Assembly: GCF_001017655.1 (NCBI RefSeq)
Contig: NZ_CP010904.1
Span: 960,001 to 992,000 of the forward strand
DNA: 32,000 nucleotides
DNA from: Kiritimatiella glycovorans
GTDB taxonomy: Bacteria > Verrucomicrobiota > Kiritimatiellia > Kiritimatiellales > Kiritimatiellaceae
Direction of reading: 5' to 3'
Shown here: positions 26,425 to 32,000 of the stretch, in pieces
Numbering within the stretch: the stretch's first letter is position 1
Layout of the letters: the number at the start of each line of letters is the position of its first letter
The notes under the pieces: model-generated
Database searches by the model: none
Told to the model about the DNA's origin: nothing
Seen by the model: only the letters and a program-made list of their open reading frames with translations
Made by a program: the position numbers and the translations under genes

Positions 26425-28044
26425 ATGAGTGACACGCCCGTAAAAGCGAACCGGCGGCCGGAGTGGAAGGCGCTCGCATCTCACGCGGAAACCATGAAGG
26501 CCGTCCACCTCCGCGAGCTGTTCAGCCACGACCGGGGCCGCGCCTCCCGTTTCACGCTCGAAGCCTGCGGCCTCACGCTCGACTACTCCAAGAACCGCAT
26601 CACCGACGAGACCCGCGAGCTTCTGCTCAAGCTGGCGGAGGCCGCCGGGGTGCCGGAAGAGGCCGACGCGATGTTTCGCGGCGAGAAGATCAATCGCACG
26701 GAAAATCGCGCCGTGCTCCATACCGCCCTGCGCGCGCCGAAGGACGCCGAAGTCTTCGTCGACGGCCGGAATGTGATCCCGGAAGTGCATGAGGTGCTCG
26801 ACTGCATGAGCACGTTCGCGGAGCGGGTGCGGAGCGGCGAATGGCGCGGGGCGACGGGAAAACCCGTCCGGAATATCGTCAATATCGGGATCGGGGGTTC
26901 CGACCTCGGGCCGGCGATGGCCACCGATGCGCTGCGTCCCTGGGTGCGCGAGGACCTGAACGTGCGGTACGTCTCGAACGTGGACGGCGCGCATCTCTTC
27001 GACGCGCTGCGCGGACTCGACCCGGCGGAGACGATGTTCGTCGTGGCGTCCAAGACCTTCACCACGCTCGAGACGATGAGCAACGCCATCTCTGCCCGCA
27101 CCTGGATGCGCGAGGCCCTGGGCGGCGACGCGGGAGGGCATTTCGTCGCCGTCAGCGCCGCCCCGGAGAAGGCCATCGAGTTCGGAGTCCCCGAAGATCA
27201 GATCTTCGGGTTCTGGGACTGGGTGGGAGGACGCTACTCGCTCTGCTCGGCGATCGGCCTGCCGCTGATGCTCGCCATCGGACCGGAGGCCTTCCGGTCG
27301 ATGCTCGGCGGATTCCGCGAGATGGACGAGCATTTCCGCGGCGCGCCGCTCGATTCGAACATGCCGGTGATCCTCGCGCTGCTCGGGGTCTGGTACAACA
27401 ATTTCTTCGGCGCGGAGACGCACGCGATCCTTCCCTACGCCCAGCGGCTGCACCGGTTCGCCGCTTACTTCCAGCAGGGCGATATGGAGAGCAACGGCAA
27501 ATCGGTAGACCGGGAGGGACGGCCCGTGGAGTGGGAGACCGGCCCCGTCATCTGGGGCGAGCCGGGCACCAACGGTCAGCACGCCTTCTTCCAGTCGATC
27601 CACCAGGGCACCAGGCTCGTGCCGGGCGATTTCATCGGTTTCTGCCGCAGCCGCGACACGTATCCCGGTCACCAGGACAAACTGATGGCCAACTGTTTTG
27701 CCCAGACCGAGGCGCTCGCCTTCGGACGGACCCGGGAAGAGGTCGAGGCCGAAGGCGTGCCCGAACACCAGGTGCCGTATCGGGTATTCGAGGGCAACCG
27801 TCCGACGAATACCATCCTCGCCGACGAACTCGATCCGCCCGCGCTGGGGCGCCTGATCGCCCTCTACGAGCATAAGATCTTCACTCAGGGCGTCCTCTGG
27901 GATATCTACTCCTTCGACCAGTGGGGGGTTGAACTGGGCAAAAAACTTGCAAAGACCCTGCTCGCGGAGTTTGAGGGCGAACCCGGCGGACACGACGGGT
28001 CGACCGACGCACTCGTGCGACGTTACCTGGACAGACGCCGATGA
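26425..28044 (+). CDS. pgi: Glucose-6-phosphate isomerase
   Basis: 539 aa from ATG 26425 (GAAAGGA upstream). Contains [31 protein letters not shown] and [13 protein letters not shown]. The track's TTG start at 26320 adds a non-homologous extension. Confidence 0.95.
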   Translation: MSDTPVKANRRPEWKALASHAETMKAVHLRELFSHDRGRASRFTLEACGLTLDYSKNRITDETRELLLKLAEAAGVPEEADAMFRGEKINRTENRAVLHTALRAPKDAEVFVDGRNVIPEVHEVLDCMSTFAERVRSGEWRGATGKPVRNIVNIGIGGSDLGPAMATDALRPWVREDLNVRYVSNVDGAHLFDALRGLDPAETMFVVASKTFTTLETMSNAISARTWMREALGGDAGGHFVAVSAAPEKAIEFGVPEDQIFGFWDWVGGRYSLCSAIGLPLMLAIGPEAFRSMLGGFREMDEHFRGAPLDSNMPVILALLGVWYNNFFGAETHAILPYAQRLHRFAAYFQQGDMESNGKSVDREGRPVEWETGPVIWGEPGTNGQHAFFQSIHQGTRLVPGDFIGFCRSRDTYPGHQDKLMANCFAQTEALAFGRTREEVEAEGVPEHQVPYRVFEGNRPTNTILADELDPPALGRLIALYEHKIFTQGVLWDIYSFDQWGVELGKKLAKTLLAEFEGEPGGHDGSTDALVRRYLDRRR

Positions 28045-28054
28045 CCGGGAGGCG

Positions 28055-29518
28055 ATGATGACGAAATTATGGAAGACGATACTGTTTCTGATGCTGGTTG
28101 GCGCGCCGCGCATTCCTGCGGAAGTCTCGGAGCGGCCGAACATCCTGTGGATCTTTTCGGACGATCACGCCGTACAGGCGATCGGCGCCTACGGCGGGCG
28201 CTTTGAAAATGAGCACCTCACCCCGAACCTCGACCGGATCGCAGGGGAGGGAATGGTCTTCGACCGCGCCTGCGTGGCGAATTCGATCTGCGCGCCGAGC
28301 CGCGCGACGCTCCTCACGGGCAAACACAGCCATCTGAACGGCAAGCGGACGAATCGGGGCCCGTTCGATCACGATCAGCCGCAGTTTCAGAAGATCCTGC
28401 GCCGGTCGGGCTACCAGACCGCGATGGTCGGAAAGATCCACCTCCCGGGCGCCATGCAGGGCTTTGACTACTGGGAAGTACTTCCGGGACAGGGCCGATA
28501 CAACGATCCCGTCTTTATTACGGAAGACGGCAAGACCACGTATAAGGGCCACTCGACGGACATCATTACCGACCGCGCGCTGCGATGGCTTGAGGAGGCA
28601 CGCAAGCCGGAGGAGCCCTTTATGCTGATGGTTCATTTCAAGGCGCCGCACCGGACCTGGATCCCGGCGGAGCGCTTCCGCCGGCAATTTCGCGGCCGCA
28701 CCTTCCCGGAGCCCCCGACGCTGTTCGACGACTACCGCGGCCGCGGCACCGCCGCCCATGAACAGGATATGAGCATCCGCGAAACGATGCGGCTGAAACA
28801 GGATTTGAAGGTGGGCTTGTGGCCGGAACGGACGGAAGGGTACGAGGAGGCTTCACCGGCGGGAGACGACCTCGTGCGTTGGAAGTACCAAGCCTATATG
28901 CGCGATTATCTCGCCTGCATCGCCGGCGTCGATGAAAATATCGGGCGTCTGCTTGCCGGACTCGAGGAGCACGGGCTCGATGAGAACACCGTCGTCATGT
29001 ACTCGTCGGACCAGGGCTTCTACCTGGGAGAGCACGGATGGTTCGACAAGCGGTTCATGTACGAGGAATCGTTCCGCACGCCGTTGCTCGCGCGATGGCC
29101 CGGCGTCATCCGCCCCGGATCAAGGAACGATGATCTCGTGCAGAACATCGACTTTGCGGAGACCTTCCTCGAGATCGCCGGCGCGCCGGTTCCGGACGAT
29201 ATGCAGGGCCGCAGTCTCGTGCCGCTGCTGAAAGGCCGGACGCCCGCGGACTGGCGCGATTCGCTCTACTACCACTATTACGAATATCCCGGTGTCCATG
29301 CCGTCCGGCGGCACGAAGGCGTGGCCACCGAACGCTACAAACTGATCCGTTTCTACGGAAAAGATGTGCCGGGCGGCGAAGAGTGGGAACTGTACGACCT
29401 GAAAAACGATCCGCAGGAGATGAACAGTGTCTACGGCAACCCGGAGATGGCCGGGGTGGTACGCGGATTGAAGACCGAGTTGCGTGCACTTAAGGATCGC
29501 TACGAGGTGTCCAAATGA
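28055..29518 (+). CDS. Secreted sulfatase (formylglycine-dependent, Cys-type)
   Basis: 487 aa from ATG 28055 (GGGAGG upstream, 10 nt after the pgi stop). Signal peptide MMTKLWKTILFLMLVGAP. Contains NILWIFSDDH and the sulfatase signature CAPSRATLLTGK, with GKIHL and SDQGFYLGEHGWFDK downstream. Confidence 0.9.
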   Translation: MMTKLWKTILFLMLVGAPRIPAEVSERPNILWIFSDDHAVQAIGAYGGRFENEHLTPNLDRIAGEGMVFDRACVANSICAPSRATLLTGKHSHLNGKRTNRGPFDHDQPQFQKILRRSGYQTAMVGKIHLPGAMQGFDYWEVLPGQGRYNDPVFITEDGKTTYKGHSTDIITDRALRWLEEARKPEEPFMLMVHFKAPHRTWIPAERFRRQFRGRTFPEPPTLFDDYRGRGTAAHEQDMSIRETMRLKQDLKVGLWPERTEGYEEASPAGDDLVRWKYQAYMRDYLACIAGVDENIGRLLAGLEEHGLDENTVVMYSSDQGFYLGEHGWFDKRFMYEESFRTPLLARWPGVIRPGSRNDDLVQNIDFAETFLEIAGAPVPDDMQGRSLVPLLKGRTPADWRDSLYYHYYEYPGVHAVRRHEGVATERYKLIRFYGKDVPGGEEWELYDLKNDPQEMNSVYGNPEMAGVVRGLKTELRALKDRYEVSK

Positions 29519-29555
29519 ATCCGACGAGGCGCTCCGTGAGGTGCCGAACGGCAGG

Positions 29556-30218
29556 TCAGGCTTTGCGCGCCCGGAACGGCTTCTTTCTCCCCGGGAAACA
29601 GCTGCGGCATATGGGGCAGGTACGTCCATCACAGCCGCGCGCGCTGCAGTACGCCCGGCCGTAATAAATGAGCTGCAGGTGACGCCTGAGCCACTCTTCT
29701 CGCGGGAAGAGATTCTTGAGATCCTTTTCCGTCTGCTCCACGCTGCGGCCGTCGGTCAGTCCCCAGCGCTGGGCGAGGCGGTGAATGTGGGTGTCCACCG
29801 GGAACGCCGGTTCGCCGAAAGCCATGGCCATGACGACTGAGGCGCTTTTGTGGCCGATTCCGGGCAGGGCCTCCAGCGCCTCGAACGTGCGCGGGACCTC
29901 TCCCCCGTGACGCTTCAGCAGCGTCTGCGAGAGGCGGTGGATAGAGCGGGCCTTGCGGTTGGCCAGCCCGCAGGTGCGGATCAGTTCGCGAATGCGGTCT
30001 TCGCCCAGCCGGACCATCTGCGCCGGGGTCGAGGCCTCGCAGAGCACGCCGGGCATGACCTTGTTGACGCGGGTGTCGGTGCATTGCGCGGAGAGTACCG
30101 TGGCGATCAGCAGTGAATAGGGATCGCGGAAATCGAGCGGCAGGCCGACCTCGGGAAACGCCTCGTCGAGCATCCGGCCCGCGATTATCGCGCGCTCCCG
30201 CCGGGTGCTCACCGCCAC
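29556..30218 (-). CDS. nth: Endonuclease III
   Basis: 220 aa. PYSLLIATVLSAQCTDTRVN, HhH-GPD motif LPGIGHKSASVVM, VDTHIHRLAQRWGL. C-terminal Cys cluster (CSARGCDGRTCPICRSC), the position of the 4Fe-4S ligands. Confidence 0.95.
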   Translation of the reverse strand: MAVSTRRERAIIAGRMLDEAFPEVGLPLDFRDPYSLLIATVLSAQCTDTRVNKVMPGVLCEASTPAQMVRLGEDRIRELIRTCGLANRKARSIHRLSQTLLKRHGGEVPRTFEALEALPGIGHKSASVVMAMAFGEPAFPVDTHIHRLAQRWGLTDGRSVEQTEKDLKNLFPREEWLRRHLQLIYYGRAYCSARGCDGRTCPICRSCFPGRKKPFRARKA

Positions 30219-31036
30219 CCCGCAAGGTAGGCGATCCAGGCCTCCGCGTTCTCATAGCTCGTGCGCCGGCGCCACACCTCGTCCGATTCGCCGTCGTCGG
30301 TCCAGCCGTGCAGGTAGGCTTCGCTCGACCGGAACCCCGCCTCGGCGAGCAGCTCGCGAACCTCCGGGATGGTCCAGAGGCGCCAGTCGTAATGGTGCGC
30401 GCGCCGGATCGTACCCACGCCGGGGATGCGGAAGTGAATGTAGTTCCGGCACCGGTGCGTGATCACGTCGTAGAAATCCTGGTCCCAGACGTAGGTGAAC
30501 GGGGGAACCCGGACGCCCTCCGGGGTGGTGAACCCGTCCACTGCGCGGGGTTCCTCCTTCTCTTTAACGGCCTCCGTGCCGCCGTAGAGGTCCAGAATCA
30601 GGACCCCGCCGTCCTCGAGCCCCTCCCGGGCGGCGGCAAAGTATTCGCGCAGTTCGTCACGCGTGTAGAAGATGCAGAACGAGAAATTGAGCGCGAAGGT
30701 AACCTGCACCGGCGGGATCCGCGCCGTCCGCACATCGCCTTCGATCAGCTCCAGCCGATCGGCTTCCGGACGCGACAGCCGCTCGACGTGGTGGCGCCGC
30801 GACCAGTCCAGCGTGGGGCGGTGAAGGTCGACCCCCCACGCCCGGTTCGCGGGACGGCGGCGCACCCAGGTCGACGCCAGCAGCGCCGACCCGCAGAAGT
30901 CCTCGCGAATCCGTTTGGGCCGTCGTCCGTGACGCCGACGGTAGATCCGGCCGGCGAAGTCCAGGTCGTTGTCGACCCCCTGTACCGAGGCCTCGTACAG
31001 GTAGGGCAGCGTTTCGTTCAGTTCGGATTTGCGCAT
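30209..31036 (-). CDS. Class I SAM-dependent methyltransferase (substrate unknown)
   Basis: 275 aa. Motif-I-like IREDFCGSALL, then WGVDL and a post-I/II pattern (LIEGDVR, GGVLILDLYGG). Overlaps the nth start by 10 nt. Confidence 0.8.
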   Translation of the reverse strand: MRKSELNETLPYLYEASVQGVDNDLDFAGRIYRRRHGRRPKRIREDFCGSALLASTWVRRRPANRAWGVDLHRPTLDWSRRHHVERLSRPEADRLELIEGDVRTARIPPVQVTFALNFSFCIFYTRDELREYFAAAREGLEDGGVLILDLYGGTEAVKEKEEPRAVDGFTTPEGVRVPPFTYVWDQDFYDVITHRCRNYIHFRIPGVGTIRRAHHYDWRLWTIPEVRELLAEAGFRSSEAYLHGWTDDGESDEVWRRRTSYENAEAWIAYLAGWR

Positions 31037-31049
31037 GAGGGACTCCGAT

Positions 31050-31469
31050 TCAAGTTCGTTCGTCTTCAGGCGATGGATGGTGTTCGAGAAATTGTCTCGG
31101 GTTCAGCACGTGTACGCCGCAGCGCCGGGCCGGGGGATAGTGTTTGAGATTCCCGGTGATCAGCAGGGAGCCGGAGCAGGCGGCGACTTCCGGAAAGGGG
31201 CGGTCGCCCTCGTCAGGAAGGGTGGTCTGCAGCGGGGGAGCACTGTACGGCAGGGAGGATTCTATGAGGTCATGCAACAGAGCGTCCGTATGTCGCGGGT
31301 CGATTCTGAATCGCGGTCTTTTCAATACGTCCTCATATTCAGTCAGGATGCGGGCGTCGACCGACAGCACCAATGCTCCGTCCAGAACGAGCCGCACGAT
31401 ATCGCCGCATGGCCCACAAGGTGAGAGCAGACCCGAGACCAGCACATGGGTATCAGGGACGACGTTCAC
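31050..31469 (-). CDS. PIN-domain protein (putative toxin-antitoxin system toxin component, PIN family)
   Basis: VVPDTHVLVSGLLSP...ILTEYEDVLKRPRF...DEGDRPFPEVAACSGSLLITGNLKHY matches the stand-alone PIN toxin family layout. I favour the GTG start at 31469 (GGAGGA 10 nt upstream; family N-termini begin right at the VxDTxV strand). The ATG at 31550 is the alternative and would overlap the upstream gene by 26 nt. Confidence 0.75.
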   Translation of the reverse strand: MNVVPDTHVLVSGLLSPCGPCGDIVRLVLDGALVLSVDARILTEYEDVLKRPRFRIDPRHTDALLHDLIESSLPYSAPPLQTTLPDEGDRPFPEVAACSGSLLITGNLKHYPPARRCGVHVLNPRQFLEHHPSPEDERT

Positions 31470-31524
31470 TCCGCACGCTTCCTCCTCTCTCTGCGCGCCG
31501 CATGAATTTCGGCATTGATTTCTT

Positions 31525-32000
31525 TCATCGTGATCCTTGTCCGGACTCATCGTCCATATGCGCCGGCGGAGGGGGAGGGGGGTGGCGGCGGCTGAGACCG
31601 AGCAGCAGGGCGCCGAAGCCGAACGCGGTTACGGCGATCCAGAGCGGGCCGGCGAAGGCGGGCAGGGCGGTGAGCAGGTAGAGCGCCAGCAGTCCCAGCG
31701 CGGCGGTGGCGAAGTCGCCGCCGCCGGCGCGGCGGTTCGTTCTCAGCAGCAGGCTGCCGATCACGAGGGCGACGACGACGCGTCCGAGGTAGGCCAGCCC
31801 TGCGGAGAAGCCCAGCAGTACCACGCCCAGCGGAGTGCCGATCAGGCTGATCAGGAGAAAGAAAATGACCACCGGGAGCAGGAGCATGGCGGCGGTCCCG
31901 GTCAGACCGCATCGCCAGGGATGCTGGCGGAACAGGGCCGCGGACGTGTGGGCATAACCCGGAAACAGGCGCATGAAGGGAAAGGCGACGATCAGGGCGG
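31525..32000 (-). CDS. Integral membrane protein, C-terminal part (frame stays open to the right edge)
   Basis: Several hydrophobic helices (LLLPVVIFFLLISLIGTPLGVVLLGF, VVVALVIGSLLL, LGLLALYLLTALPAFAGPLWIAVTAFGFGALLLGL), then a poly-Pro tail. The codons upstream of the track's Met (…ALIVAFPF-M) are open and hydrophobic, so the gene probably starts beyond base 32000. Confidence 0.6.
   Translation of the reverse strand, partial: ALIVAFPFMRLFPGYAHTSAALFRQHPWRCGLTGTAAMLLLPVVIFFLLISLIGTPLGVVLLGFSAGLAYLGRVVVALVIGSLLLRTNRRAGGGDFATAALGLLALYLLTALPAFAGPLWIAVTAFGFGALLLGLSRRHPPPPPPAHMDDESGQGSR

Noticed and set aside
1-32000. Looked for genomic-island hallmarks (integrase, transposase, tRNA target, phage genes, abrupt composition shift) and for known defence-system gene sets
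   Set aside because: I found none. Composition looks uniform apart from short spacers, and the gene content is core metabolism and envelope functions. The only toxin-like element is the single PIN gene discussed above.

Overview
GC-rich (about mid-60s % by eye, not computed), densely packed bacterial chromosomal segment with about 31 protein genes on both strands. I saw no rRNA, tRNA, CRISPR array, transposase or integrase. Most of the window is core housekeeping: thrC, dapF, nadK, tlyA, hemW, rpmB, gltA, serC, murJ, a DegT-type aminotransferase, an AEC transporter, an MscS channel, a tail-specific protease, pgi, a Cys-type sulfatase and nth. The stand-out is an 8.2-kb, seven-gene same-strand cluster (3578-11825). 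It encodes a 956-aa secreted TPR protein, a 282-aa secreted protein, ExbB, two ExbD paralogs and two tandem paralogous ~440-aa proteins. Each of those two proteins carries an N-terminal TonB/TolA-like membrane anchor (S-x3-H in the helix). In place of a TonB/TolA C-terminal domain, each carries what looks like a vWA-type domain with a destroyed MIDAS motif. I read this as a proton-motive-force motor coupled to a non-canonical, duplicated energy-transducer-like partner, and it is my best candidate for an undescribed system (inference). Smaller oddities:
- A 114-nt array of 19 purine-rich hexamers spans the thrC stop and the thrC-dapF spacer.
- A 20-codon micro-ORF is chained by ATGA and GTGA overlaps between a membrane-protein gene and an orphan PIN gene. 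These sit in an operon with a SAM methyltransferase and nth.
- Four of six convergent gene junctions have stop codons overlapping or no more than 6 nt apart.
The many long antisense ORFs in the track are high-GC shadow frames. The PVC-group flavour (Kiritimatiellota/Verrucomicrobiota/Lentisphaerota-like) is only a guess from gene content and composition.
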